The notes below the pieces were generated by a model that was given only the letters and a program-made list of their open reading frames with translations, did not search any database and had not been told where the DNA came from. The position numbers and the translations under genes were made by a program. From Solirubrobacterales bacterium (GTDB lineage: Bacteria > Actinomycetota > Thermoleophilia > Solirubrobacterales > 70-9): 64,000 nucleotides of DNA. The stretch spans positions 4,207-68,206 of the forward strand of contig DATIMV010000030.1 of the NCBI GenBank assembly GCA_035474955.1. Reading direction: 5' to 3'. Positions 34,420 to 43,237 of this stretch are shown here, in pieces. How positions within the stretch are numbered: the stretch's first letter is position 1; the number at the start of each line of letters is the position of its first letter.

Positions 34420-34670
34420 TCTGTTCGGGACTAGATCGCCGCGACCTCCCCTGGGGGCGAGGCAGCCGCGAAGGCCCGTGCAAGATTGCTTTCTCCCTGG
34501 AATATCTGCCGAACTCGCGCCTACACCAGCGTTTTTGGGCGCTAACGTGCCATTGAGCAATAACGCAGAGCGGATGGGTCCGAGCGTGCGAGCGCAGGGA
34601 ACTCGCCGCCCTTGCGGAACCCATTGCCGTAACGGGCCATTCGGCAGAACCCCACCATCCACAGCGAGCA

Positions 34671-36071
34671 ATGTACGACGACCGCCCCACCCCTAGAGCC
34701 ATCGCCCTGCAGGTCGGGGCGCTGGTGCTGATCGCCGCGGTCGCCATCTACGAGGCGCCGCAGGGGAATTGGGACATCGGGCTGCTGCTGGTCCTCTTCT
34801 CCTTCGCCGCGTTCAGCGACCTGACCGCGATCACCACCAACGCGCAGCTGAAGATCTCCGGCAGCTTCCTCGCCCTGGTCCTGGCGATGGTCTTCCTCGG
34901 CGGACCGCCGGCGGCATTGGTCGGGGTGTTGACGATCCTCGTCGGCTGGCTGCGCTGGCGCGACGAGCCGCACGATCTGCTCAACAACCTCGTCACCTAC
35001 GCGACCTTCCCGCTGCTCGGAGGCCTCGCCTTCACCGCCATCGCCGACCAGGCCAACGTGCAGTCGAGCGAACCGATGTTCTACGTGATGGTCTTCGTCC
35101 TCTTCCAGGTCGTCCTCGCGCTCAACTTCGTGATGACCGCCGGCTACGGCTGCTACCTGGAGCGGGTCCCGTTCCGCGAGAAGCTGCGGGTGCTGCCGCC
35201 GGTGCTGCCCTCCGAGTTCGCCAGCGCGATGCTGGCGCTCGCGGTCGCCTTCATCTACCACGTGATCGGGATCGCGGCGATCGCCCTCTTCGGCGTCGTC
35301 TTGATCACCTTCCAGTACCTGCTCGGCCAGCTGTTGCTGTCCCAGCAGCGGGCGGAGGAACTGGAGCTGCGCAGCAAGCAGCTGGCCAGCTTCCAGGTCG
35401 GGATGTTGAGCGCGATGCTGCGCACCCTCGATCTGCGGGACAAGATGACCGCCCGCCACAGCGCCGCCGTGGCGCGGTACTCGCGGGCGATCGCCCAGCG
35501 CGCCGGCTACTCGCGCCGCGAGGAGGAGTTGGTCCACATCGCCGCGCTGCTGCACGACATCGGCAAGTTCATCCTTCCCGACCGCATCCTCAAGGCCAAC
35601 GTGCCGCTCACCGACGAGGACTGGATGCTGATCAAGCGTCACCCGCAGCAGGGCGCCCGCGTCGTCTCCTCGCTCGACGGCTACGGGCCGGTGGCGGAGA
35701 TCATCCTCGCCCACCACGAGCGGATCGACGGCAAAGGCTATCCGCGCGGTCTGGCGGGAGACGAAATCCCAGAGCTGGCGCGGATCATCTCCGTCGCCGA
35801 CACCTACGACGTGATGACCGCGCGAGATTCCTACCGGACGCCGATGTCGAGCTACGACGCGATCGTCGAGCTCCGCCGCGTCGCCGGCAAACAGCTCGAC
35901 GCTCGCTTCGTCGAGATCTTCATCGAGCTGCTCGAGGGCAAAGACGTCTCCTTCCAGCACGGCGAGGCGGCCGACTTCGAGAAGGAGCTGGCGCTGGAGG
36001 CGCGGATCGAAGAGACCGCCAGCCCCGGCAGCGAGTCGAACCGCTTCCAGGCCGCCGGCGTCAGCAGCTGA
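34671..36071 (+). CDS. membrane-anchored HD-GYP domain protein (c-di-GMP phosphodiesterase type)
   Basis: The N-terminal about 200 aa has about 6-7 TM segments. The C-terminal part has HD (LLHDIGKF) and HHERIDGKGYPRGL motifs. Confidence 0.85.
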   Translation: MYDDRPTPRAIALQVGALVLIAAVAIYEAPQGNWDIGLLLVLFSFAAFSDLTAITTNAQLKISGSFLALVLAMVFLGGPPAALVGVLTILVGWLRWRDEPHDLLNNLVTYATFPLLGGLAFTAIADQANVQSSEPMFYVMVFVLFQVVLALNFVMTAGYGCYLERVPFREKLRVLPPVLPSEFASAMLALAVAFIYHVIGIAAIALFGVVLITFQYLLGQLLLSQQRAEELELRSKQLASFQVGMLSAMLRTLDLRDKMTARHSAAVARYSRAIAQRAGYSRREEELVHIAALLHDIGKFILPDRILKANVPLTDEDWMLIKRHPQQGARVVSSLDGYGPVAEIILAHHERIDGKGYPRGLAGDEIPELARIISVADTYDVMTARDSYRTPMSSYDAIVELRRVAGKQLDARFVEIFIELLEGKDVSFQHGEAADFEKELALEARIEETASPGSESNRFQAAGVSS

Positions 36072-36091
36072 ACCGGTAGCGTTGCGCGCGC

Positions 36092-37126
36092 ATGCGCGCT
36101 GTCACTTTCCAGGCGCCCGAGCAGGTGCGGGTCGAGGAGAAGGCCGATCCCGAGATCGCCGCTGCCGACGACGCGGTGGTGCGGGTCGAGGCGAGCGGCA
36201 TCTGCGGCTCCGACCTCCACATCTACCACGGGCGGGTGCCGGTGGAGCCGGGCTTCACGATCGGGCACGAGTTCGTCGGTACGGTCGTGGCGGCCGGGGA
36301 CGACGTCGAACGGGTGGCGGTCGGAGACCGCGTCCTCGGCACCTTCCACACCGCCTGCTCGACTTGCGTCTCCTGCCTGCGCGGCGACTACCACCGCTGC
36401 CGCAACGGCCAGACCTTCGGTCACGGGGCGAACCTCGGCGACCTGCAGGGGGCGCAGGCGGAGCTGCTGCTGGTTCCCCGCGCCAACCTGACCCTGCGCC
36501 GGGTGCCGGAGGGGATGTCGGCCGAGGTCGCCCTCTTCGCCGGCGACGTGATGGGGACCGGCTACCACGCGATCGCCCACGCGGAGATGAAGGCGGGGGA
36601 CACTGTCGCGGTACTTGGCCTTGGTCCCGTCGGGCTCTGCGCGGTGCAGGCGGCGCTCGCCGGCGGCGCAGTCAAGGTGTTCGCGGTAGATACGGTCGAG
36701 GAACGGCTGCAGGTGGCCGAGCGCTTCGGGGCGACGCCGTTGCACCTGACCGAGCAGGAGCCGAAGAAGGCCGTGCGCGCCGCCACCGAGGGTCTCGGGG
36801 TCGACGTCGTCGTCGACGCGGTCGGCGATCCGGGGCCGCTGGCACTCGCGATCAGCCTCGCCCGCGACGCCGGCACGGTTTCGGGAATCGGCGCCTACGC
36901 CGGCAAGGGGGAGGTGCCGCTTGGCCTGGCCTGGCTGAAGGGGCTGCAGCTGCGCCTCGGTCTCGCCAACGTGATCGCCCACGTCGACCGCGTCCTCGCC
37001 CTGATGGAGGTCGGCAAGCTCGACCCGAGCCCGCTCGTCACCCACCACATGCCGCTCGACCAGGCGGACGAGGCCTACCGGGTCTACGACAACCGCGAAG
37101 CGCTGAAGATCGTCCTCACGCCTTAG
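36092..37126 (+). CDS. zinc-dependent medium-chain alcohol dehydrogenase
   Basis: GHEFVGTVVAAGDDV and a structural-zinc Cys cluster (CSTCVSCLRGDYHRC). NAD-binding motif VLGLGPVG. Confidence 0.85.
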   Translation: MRAVTFQAPEQVRVEEKADPEIAAADDAVVRVEASGICGSDLHIYHGRVPVEPGFTIGHEFVGTVVAAGDDVERVAVGDRVLGTFHTACSTCVSCLRGDYHRCRNGQTFGHGANLGDLQGAQAELLLVPRANLTLRRVPEGMSAEVALFAGDVMGTGYHAIAHAEMKAGDTVAVLGLGPVGLCAVQAALAGGAVKVFAVDTVEERLQVAERFGATPLHLTEQEPKKAVRAATEGLGVDVVVDAVGDPGPLALAISLARDAGTVSGIGAYAGKGEVPLGLAWLKGLQLRLGLANVIAHVDRVLALMEVGKLDPSPLVTHHMPLDQADEAYRVYDNREALKIVLTP

Positions 37127-37154
37127 GAACTGCTGTATCAGTTGACTCGAACAG

Positions 37155-37841
37155 ATGGTGGGGATACTGTGCGAGCTGGTGGCACAGCTGGAGGAGAACC
37201 CTTTCCGCATCGATCCCGATGACGAGGTACCCGTCGGGCTGCAGCTGTCCTGGCGCCTGCGGGCTCTTATCCACACGGGTGAGCTGGGGGCCGGGGAGCG
37301 GTTGCCGAGCTTCCGTCGCCTGGCCGAGTGGGCGGGAGTGAACGTGGGCACGGTGCGCGCCGTCTACGAGGCGCTGGAGCGGGACGGCCTGGTGGTCACC
37401 CGCCACGGCCAGGGGACCTTCGTTGCCGAGGAGGTGGAGGCGACGCCGCAGCTGGAAGAGATCGCATCCGAGGCTTTGCGGCGAGCCGAGGAAGCCGGGA
37501 TCGGCCCCCGCGAGCTGGCGATCGTCGCCATGGCCAGCGCCGGCCTTGCTCCCGCCGCCGAGAGCGACGTGCCCGAGGTGCGGCAGGAGCTGCGCCGGCA
37601 GATCGCCCGGCTCGAGGCCGAGCTCTCCAGCTACACCGGCCATCTCCAGGCGGACCTGCCGACGGCCCCGAAGCGGGCGGTGGCTCATGTGGCCGGAGTC
37701 GAGGAGCTGGAGCAGACGCGCGACACCCTGATCGCGCAGCTGGCGGAGGCGCAGCGGGAGACCGAGCAGGAGGTGCGGCAGCAAGCGCAGCGGCGGGGGC
37801 CGCTGGGGAGGGCGATGAGCCGGTGGCGGGCCAGACGCTAG
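37155..37841 (+). CDS. GntR-family regulator with a coiled-coil-like C-terminal half
   Basis: wHTH LPSFRRLAEWAGVNVGTVRAVYEALERDGLVVTRHGQGTFV. The C-terminal part is Glu/Arg/Ala-rich and helical, not a typical FadR or UTRA domain. Confidence 0.75.
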   Translation: MVGILCELVAQLEENPFRIDPDDEVPVGLQLSWRLRALIHTGELGAGERLPSFRRLAEWAGVNVGTVRAVYEALERDGLVVTRHGQGTFVAEEVEATPQLEEIASEALRRAEEAGIGPRELAIVAMASAGLAPAAESDVPEVRQELRRQIARLEAELSSYTGHLQADLPTAPKRAVAHVAGVEELEQTRDTLIAQLAEAQRETEQEVRQQAQRRGPLGRAMSRWRARR

Positions 37842-37858
37842 AACGCGGGCTCTTGCCC

Positions 37859-38629
37859 GTGAAGAACGTCTTCGAGGAGGTGGGGGTGATGATGATCCTC
37901 ACCGTCAAGACGCTGATGTCAGCGGTGAGGCCCCCTTATCCCTACGGGGAGGAGCTCGTCTGGCAGTTCCTCTTCGTCTTGAAACTTGCCTGGTTTCCGC
38001 TGGTGGTCTCCACCTTCGCGCTGAACCTCGGCGCGCCCGGCTTGCAGGCTGCCGGGGTGCTCTCCCTGTTCGGCGCGCTCGACCGCCTCGGCGGCTTCTT
38101 CGTCGTGATCGCGATTCGCTGGATCGGGCCGCTGGTCACCGCGGTGGTGGTGGCGGGCGTCGCCGGCACCGCGATCACCGCCGACCTCGGCGCCCGCAAG
38201 ATCCGCGAGGAGCTCGACGCCCTGCAGGTGCTCGGCGTCGACCCGGTGAAGAACCTCGTGGTCCCGCGCTTCCTGGCGCTGATGATCGTCACCGCCCTGC
38301 TCGACATCTTCGCGATCGTCTTCGGTCTCTTCGCCGGTATCGCCGCGATGCTCCTCTACAACCAGCCGCTCGGCGGCTTCTTCGCGACCCTCTTCTCCAA
38401 CGCCACGGTCACCGATCTCTGGTCCTCGGTGATGATGTGCACGATGTTCGGGGCGATCGTCGCCGTCGTCTGCTCCTACAAAGGGATGTCGGCCTCGGGG
38501 GGCGCCGCCGGGGTCGGCCGCGCCGTCAACCAGGCGGTGGTGATCTCCCTCGTCGCGGTCTTCTTCTTCCAGTTCGTCGTCAGCTCGATCCTGCTGGCCA
38601 CCAACCCCGAATTGCAGGCGGTCCGGTGA
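37859..38629 (+). CDS. MlaE/YrbE-family ABC permease (YrbEA-like)
   Basis: VAGVAGTAITADLGARKIREELDALQVLGVDP is the conserved MlaE/YrbE loop. GTG 37859 chosen (ATG 37889 is an alternative). The rest of the track ORF overlaps the GntR gene. Confidence 0.8.
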   Translation: MKNVFEEVGVMMILTVKTLMSAVRPPYPYGEELVWQFLFVLKLAWFPLVVSTFALNLGAPGLQAAGVLSLFGALDRLGGFFVVIAIRWIGPLVTAVVVAGVAGTAITADLGARKIREELDALQVLGVDPVKNLVVPRFLALMIVTALLDIFAIVFGLFAGIAAMLLYNQPLGGFFATLFSNATVTDLWSSVMMCTMFGAIVAVVCSYKGMSASGGAAGVGRAVNQAVVISLVAVFFFQFVVSSILLATNPELQAVR

Positions 38630-39423
38630 TCGGCTGGCTCGACGCCCCGCGCTCCTGGCTCGACGCCTTCGGGGAGATCGCCCGTTTCGGCGTCCGGATC
38701 ATGGGCCAGGTCTACTCGGGCCGGGTGTTCAAGTTCTTCGGCGAGGGCCTGCGGCAGGCGGGCATCCTGATCTTCGGCTCGGCCCTGATCATCTGGGCCT
38801 TCGTCTTCATCCTCGGCCTCCAGTGCGGCCTTCAGGGCGCCTACTTCAATCGCTCGATCGGAGCTCCGTCGCTGGCCGGCCTCTTCTCGGCCTACTGCGA
38901 TCTGCGCGAGGGCTTGCCCTACGCCTTCGGCTACATCCTCGCCGCCAAGGTCGGGACCGGGATCGTCGCCGAGCTCGGGGCGATGCGGATCTCCGACGAG
39001 ATCGACGCGCTCGAGGTGATGGGGATCCAGCCGCTGACCTTCCTCTGCGCGACCCGCCTGCTGGGAGCGTGGATCGCGATCCCGTTCCTCTATCTGGTCG
39101 GGATCGGGCTGATCTACGCCGCCAGCTACTTCTCGGTGGTCAACCAGGTCGGCGACGTCTCGTCCGGTGGCTACTTATTGATCTTCTGGATGTATCAAGA
39201 CCCCACCGACCTGGTCTTCAGCATGATCAAGGGGCTGACGATGGCGACCGTGATCGTGCTGGTCGGCTGCTACTACGGCTACACGGCCTCGGGCGGCCCG
39301 GTCGGGGTCGGCACCGCCACCGCGAAATCGATGGTCTTCAACATCGTCGCCGTCCACATCATCGGCATGCTCGGCACGGTCGTCTTCTGGGGCGCCAACC
39401 CCAGAGCACCTATCGGCGGCTAG
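38626..39423 (+). CDS. MlaE/YrbE-family ABC permease (YrbEB-like)
   Basis: GTGIVAELGAMRISDEIDALEVMGIQP loop. GTG 38626 overlaps the upstream stop (GTGA). Confidence 0.8.
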   Translation: MIGWLDAPRSWLDAFGEIARFGVRIMGQVYSGRVFKFFGEGLRQAGILIFGSALIIWAFVFILGLQCGLQGAYFNRSIGAPSLAGLFSAYCDLREGLPYAFGYILAAKVGTGIVAELGAMRISDEIDALEVMGIQPLTFLCATRLLGAWIAIPFLYLVGIGLIYAASYFSVVNQVGDVSSGGYLLIFWMYQDPTDLVFSMIKGLTMATVIVLVGCYYGYTASGGPVGVGTATAKSMVFNIVAVHIIGMLGTVVFWGANPRAPIGG

Positions 39424-39674
39424 CCGCCCTTGATGAGAATCGTGCCGATCAGGCCGAGCATCGCGGCTAACAGGGTGTAGTTGCCGCGTTGGACGGTGGC
39501 ATGGAGGGCGGTCATCTCTTGTCTCAAGGCCCTCATTTCGGCGGAGACTTCATTGAAGCAGCGGTGCGTCTCCTCTCTCCCCTCGGTGATTCGCCGGTTG
39601 ACCTCGTCGAACCGTTCATCGACTCGCGCGAACCGTTCCTTTTGGACTTCGTCGGGCGGGGCCATGGTCGGCAT
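39420..39674 (-). CDS. small coiled-coil protein with C-terminal TM anchor (hypothetical)
   Basis: 84 aa. ERFARVDERFDEVNRRITEGREETHRCFNEVSAEMRALRQEM is followed by LLAAMLGLIGTILI. AT-richer promoter-like region upstream (39675-39739). Confidence 0.45.
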   Translation of the reverse strand: MPTMAPPDEVQKERFARVDERFDEVNRRITEGREETHRCFNEVSAEMRALRQEMTALHATVQRGNYTLLAAMLGLIGTILIKGG

Positions 39675-39739
39675 GGTTGCAGCCTAGCGAAGCAAATGCA
39701 ACATTTTGTCTGAGAACGTAAATTCTCTGAAACTTCTGC

Positions 39740-40513
39740 TCAGCGACGGCGGTGCTTGCGGAAGGTCTCCTCGACCCACTTGTAGCCGCGGCGGCCGCTG
39801 AGGCTCTCGCGGAAGCGCTCCATCGCCGGCGGGCGCGGCAGGTTCGGGTTGAGCGGGCCCTCGGGCGGGACGACCAGCGGGTAGAAGAGCGAGGCGGCGG
39901 TGACGTCGGCGACGGAGAGGCCATCGCCGACGAGGAACTCGCCGTTGCCCTTCTCCAGCTCGGCCTCGAGCTTGTCCAGCGCGGCGACGATTCCCTCGCG
40001 GGCGCGTTCGGCGTCCTCGTCGCTGTCGGCGTTCCAGCGCAGTCGCGTGTAGGTCCTGGCGTAGGCGCCCACCACGGGCTTGGCCTTGCCCAGCGGGCCC
40101 GGCACCGATTCGGCCGCCACCTCGGCGAACAGCGCGGGCTCCTGAGTCAGCTCGTAGAAGGGGAGCAGGCGCGCGTGCGGCCCGAGGTTCTCGTCGAACC
40201 AGTCCTCCAGCTCGATCGCGCGGGCTCGCTCCTCGGCGTCGATCGGGTAGAGCGGCGGGTCGGGGTACTTGGCCTCCAGCGCGGCGATGATCTCGGTCGA
40301 GTCGCCGATCGCGCGCCCGTCGATCGTCAGTACCGGCAGGGTGACCTGGGAGCCGCGGGTGAGGGCGAAGGCGATCGGGATGTGGGTCCCGGGCAGCGGC
40401 GAGCGTCGCCGGTGGTCGATGCCCTTGTACTCGAGCGCCCAGCGGACCTTCTCGCTGTAGTGCGAGATGTCGATCTGCCAGAGCGTCGGCCTCTGTCCTG
40501 ATTGCGCCGTCAT
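39740..40513 (-). CDS. glutathione S-transferase family protein
   Basis: ATG 40513 (MTAQSGQRPTLWQIDISHYSEKVRWALEYKGI...) shows the GST N-terminal thioredoxin-like pattern. The rest of the track ORF is a 5' extension. Confidence 0.8.
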   Translation of the reverse strand: MTAQSGQRPTLWQIDISHYSEKVRWALEYKGIDHRRRSPLPGTHIPIAFALTRGSQVTLPVLTIDGRAIGDSTEIIAALEAKYPDPPLYPIDAEERARAIELEDWFDENLGPHARLLPFYELTQEPALFAEVAAESVPGPLGKAKPVVGAYARTYTRLRWNADSDEDAERAREGIVAALDKLEAELEKGNGEFLVGDGLSVADVTAASLFYPLVVPPEGPLNPNLPRPPAMERFRESLSGRRGYKWVEETFRKHRRR

Positions 40514-40537
40514 CGCCTGCCTGGCAGCATAAGCGCC

Positions 40538-40816
40538 GTGGCCCTCTTGAGCGAGGCGGAGATCGAGCAGAGGCTGAGCGACCTCTCCGGGTGGGAGCGC
40601 GCCGGTGAGGCGATCCGCAAGAGCTTCAAGCGCGACGACTTCGTCGGCAGCGTCCGCTTCGTCTCCAGCCTGGTCGAGCCGGCGGAGGGGATGAACCACC
40701 ACCCCGACGTCTCAATCTCCTGGGACACGGTGACGGTGACGATCTCGACCCACTCAGAGGGCGGCCTGACCGCGGCCGACTTCGAGCTTGCCGAGAAGAT
40801 CGACGCCTTGGCGTAG
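40538..40816 (+). CDS. 4a-hydroxytetrahydrobiopterin dehydratase (PCD/PhhB)
   Basis: LSGWE...F.F.DF..A..F...V...AE..NHHPD motif. GTG 40538 chosen. Confidence 0.85.
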   Translation: MALLSEAEIEQRLSDLSGWERAGEAIRKSFKRDDFVGSVRFVSSLVEPAEGMNHHPDVSISWDTVTVTISTHSEGGLTAADFELAEKIDALA

Positions 40817-40823
40817 GTCCTCG

Positions 40824-41174
40824 GTGGCGAAGCGGAAGAAACAGCGTCGGGCGCGCGAGAAGGCGCCGACGGTCGACTACGTCGACCCGGAGGGGAACGT
40901 CCTCACCCTGCGAGAGACGCTGAGCGCGGGGACGATTGCCAAGGTCGGCGAGCCGCCGGCGGGGGAGGCGACTTCGCTCGACGACGCCTGGCGGCGGCGC
41001 TCGGAGGTTCTCTTCGAGCGGTTGGCGGTGCGCTGGGAGATCGCCGAGCTCCCCCTCACCGACCAGAAGATGCTGCTCGGTCGCTACCGGATGGCCGATG
41101 CGGAGACGCAGCGGTGGGTCCGGCAGACGATCGCCGAGCACCTCGAACGCCACATCCCCGAGCTCAGCGGCTGA
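40824..41174 (+). CDS. hypothetical protein
   Basis: About 116-aa ORF between the PCD and arfB genes with good GC3 and a basic N-terminus (KRKKQRRAREK). No recognisable motif and the start is uncertain. Confidence 0.45.
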   Translation: MAKRKKQRRAREKAPTVDYVDPEGNVLTLRETLSAGTIAKVGEPPAGEATSLDDAWRRRSEVLFERLAVRWEIAELPLTDQKMLLGRYRMADAETQRWVRQTIAEHLERHIPELSG

Positions 41175-41178
41175 GATC

Positions 41179-41592
41179 GTGGCCGAGGCGCTGCGGATCG
41201 ACGAGCGGCTCTCGATTCCGCTGGCGGAGATCGAGCTGCGGACCAGCCGCTCCTCCGGCCCCGGCGGTCAGCACGCCAACGTCACCGCTTCGCGAGTCGA
41301 AGCCGTCTTCGACGTCGAGGCTTCGGCGAGCCTCGACGAGGCGCAGCGGGCGCGGCTGCTGGAGCGGCTCGGCCCGGTCGTCACGGCGGTCGCCCAGGAC
41401 GCCCGCGGCCAGTCCCGCAACCGCGACCTGGCCCTGGAGCGGCTGGCGGCGAAGATCGCCGCCGGCCTGCGGGTGCAGCGGAAGCGCCGGCCGACGCGCC
41501 CTACCCGCGCCTCTCGCAAGCGCCGGCTTGAGCAGAAGCGAATAAGGGGAGAGAGGAAGCGGGGTCGGCAACGGCCATCGCCGGATGAATGA
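41179..41592 (+). CDS. arfB: alternative ribosome-rescue factor / peptidyl-tRNA hydrolase ArfB
   Basis: GGQ motif (SSGPGGQHANVT) and a basic C-terminal tail (RKRRLEQKRIRGERKRGR). GTG 41179. Confidence 0.8.
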   Translation: MAEALRIDERLSIPLAEIELRTSRSSGPGGQHANVTASRVEAVFDVEASASLDEAQRARLLERLGPVVTAVAQDARGQSRNRDLALERLAAKIAAGLRVQRKRRPTRPTRASRKRRLEQKRIRGERKRGRQRPSPDE

Positions 41593-41604
41593 GAGGAGAA
41601 GGGC

Positions 41605-41982
41605 ATGCTCGGCACGACCAAGGCGACCAGCGGGTTCGCCGTGAAGGACCTGAAAGAGGCGAGGGATTTCTACGAGGCAACTCTGGGAGTGGGGGTCGAG
41701 GTGCTGGACGAGGAGAACGGGGTGGCGAGGCTGAAGCTCGCTGACGGCTATGACGTCCTCATGTACCTCAGCCCCGAGATGACCTCGCCGAGCTACACGA
41801 TGCTCAACTTCGAGGTCGACGACGTCGACGCTGCCGTGGACGGCCTCGTCGAGCGAGGGATCGCCATCGAGCGCTATGACGGCTTCGACCACGACGAGAA
41901 GGGCATCGTCCGCGGCCCCGGGCCGCAGATCGCCTGGTTCGAGGACCCGTCGGGGAACACCATCGCGGTGATGCAGCAGTAA
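41605..41982 (+). CDS. VOC/glyoxalase-family protein
   Basis: 125 aa. F.VKDL.EAR.FYE..LG...AWFEDPSGN pattern. RBS GAGAGGAGAAGGG upstream. Confidence 0.8.
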   Translation: MLGTTKATSGFAVKDLKEARDFYEATLGVGVEVLDEENGVARLKLADGYDVLMYLSPEMTSPSYTMLNFEVDDVDAAVDGLVERGIAIERYDGFDHDEKGIVRGPGPQIAWFEDPSGNTIAVMQQ

Positions 41983-41996
41983 AGGCCGCGGCTGGA

Positions 41997-43226
41997 ATAC
42001 TGCGCGGGGTGCCTGCGCTACGCCGCTTCGCCGGCCGCCGACGAAGTCGCGCCGACAGCCCCCGGCTCTCCCTGTGCGCGATGACCGCTGCCGGGCCGGC
42101 GCAAGCGCGGGCCTTCCTCGAACAGTGGCGCCCCGTGGTCGACGAGATCGTCGTCGCCGTGGACGAGCGCGCCCATCCGGCCACGACGAACGAGTGCGCG
42201 CGCCTCGCCGATCAGGTCTACGTCGTGCCGGCGGCGATGTCGAACATCGAACCCTACGTCGGATGGCTGCACAGTCACTGCTCCGGCGAGTGGATCCTGC
42301 GGGTCGACGACGACGAGCTGCCGAGCAAGGAGCTGAGGCAGGCGCTGCCGTCCCTTCTCGACGAGCGCGAACCCACGCATTACTTCCTGCCGCGCCGGTG
42401 GATGTACCCCACGCCGAAGACGTACATAACCGAGGGGATCTGGCTGCGGGACGTGCAGCTGCGCCTGGTGCGCAACCTTCCCGGTCTCTGGCGCTTCTCC
42501 GGCCGCTTGCATCTGAACATCGAAGTGGAAGGCGCCGGCCGCATCGTCGACGCGCCGCTGCTGCACCTCTCGCTTCTCGTGGCCGATCTGGAGAAGCGGC
42601 GGGCCAAGGTGGAGGCCTACGAGCGGATCAGACCCGGGCTCCGCACCGGGTCGGGCGTGCCCCTCAACAGCGTCTTCCTCCCCGAGGACATGGAAGTGAC
42701 CTCCCTGAACCGGTCGGGGAGGTCCGACGCCTCGGCTGCCGACCGCTTCCTGCAGGCGGTTCACGGTCCCGAGACGGAGCCGGCGCCACCGGCTGGCGGG
42801 GTGCCGAGCGTCCCCCTGGGGGAGATCCTGCGCTGGAGCGGAGACCGGCCGGTCTCCGCCGGTGCCTACCGGGCGCGCGTCACGCTCCCGAACGGAGTCG
42901 CGCCGATGCCGGCCGAGGCCATCCAGCACGTGCAGGTCGAGGTCAGCAACCTGGGGGACGAATGGTTCCCCAGAGGACCGCATCCGCAGCCGCCGATCCA
43001 GATCGGCTACCGCTGGCAACGGGAGGACGGCACGGAGATCGAGCTACCGACGCTGCGCACGCCCTTCACGGAGGCCGTCGCACCCGGCGCGACGACGCGG
43101 TTGGCGATGGCGATCCAGGCCCCGCCGGACCACGGGCGCTTGCAGCTCCGCGTCGATCTGGTCCACGAGAACGTGCGCTGGTTCGAGTGCGAGGCGCGCC
43201 TCGAGGTCGACATCTCCCCTCCGTAG
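41997..43226. repeat. 1.23-kb direct repeat, copy A (paralogous duplication, period exactly 1801 bp)
   Basis: Colinear with 43798-45027 without indels. Both ORF starts (42009/43810) and the TAG/TAT position (43224/45025) are offset by exactly 1801. About 85-90% nt identity by eye. Confidence 0.85.
42009..43226 (+). CDS. putative GT2-like glycosyltransferase with C-terminal beta-rich domain (paralog A)
   Basis: LSLCAMT...VDEIVVAVDERA...WILRVDDDELP resembles the GT2 subgroup with a D(A/D)DE motif. The start is uncertain (GTG 42009 or ATG 42081). Confidence 0.6.
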   Translation: MPALRRFAGRRRSRADSPRLSLCAMTAAGPAQARAFLEQWRPVVDEIVVAVDERAHPATTNECARLADQVYVVPAAMSNIEPYVGWLHSHCSGEWILRVDDDELPSKELRQALPSLLDEREPTHYFLPRRWMYPTPKTYITEGIWLRDVQLRLVRNLPGLWRFSGRLHLNIEVEGAGRIVDAPLLHLSLLVADLEKRRAKVEAYERIRPGLRTGSGVPLNSVFLPEDMEVTSLNRSGRSDASAADRFLQAVHGPETEPAPPAGGVPSVPLGEILRWSGDRPVSAGAYRARVTLPNGVAPMPAEAIQHVQVEVSNLGDEWFPRGPHPQPPIQIGYRWQREDGTEIELPTLRTPFTEAVAPGATTRLAMAIQAPPDHGRLQLRVDLVHENVRWFECEARLEVDISPP

Positions 43227-43237
43227 GCCCTGACGGC

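Noticed and set aside
34421-34670. Attempt to assign the HD-GYP leader to a known riboswitch class (c-di-GMP-I/II, ydaO/c-di-AMP or ykkC/guanidine).
   Set aside because: I could not find the conserved cores of these classes as I remember them, for example GGCAAACC...GCAAAGC for GEMM-I or CTAGGGTTCCG...GGTCCGAGAG...ACACGG for ykkC. Only a partial GGTCCGAGCG is present. It is left as an unassigned candidate under the findings.
36082-36095. The 14-bp perfect palindrome GCGCGCATGCGCGC overlapping the alcohol dehydrogenase start codon.
   Set aside because: Pure alternating GC flanks around an ATG are likely to arise by chance in this composition. There is no second copy or half-site spacing suggestive of an operator.
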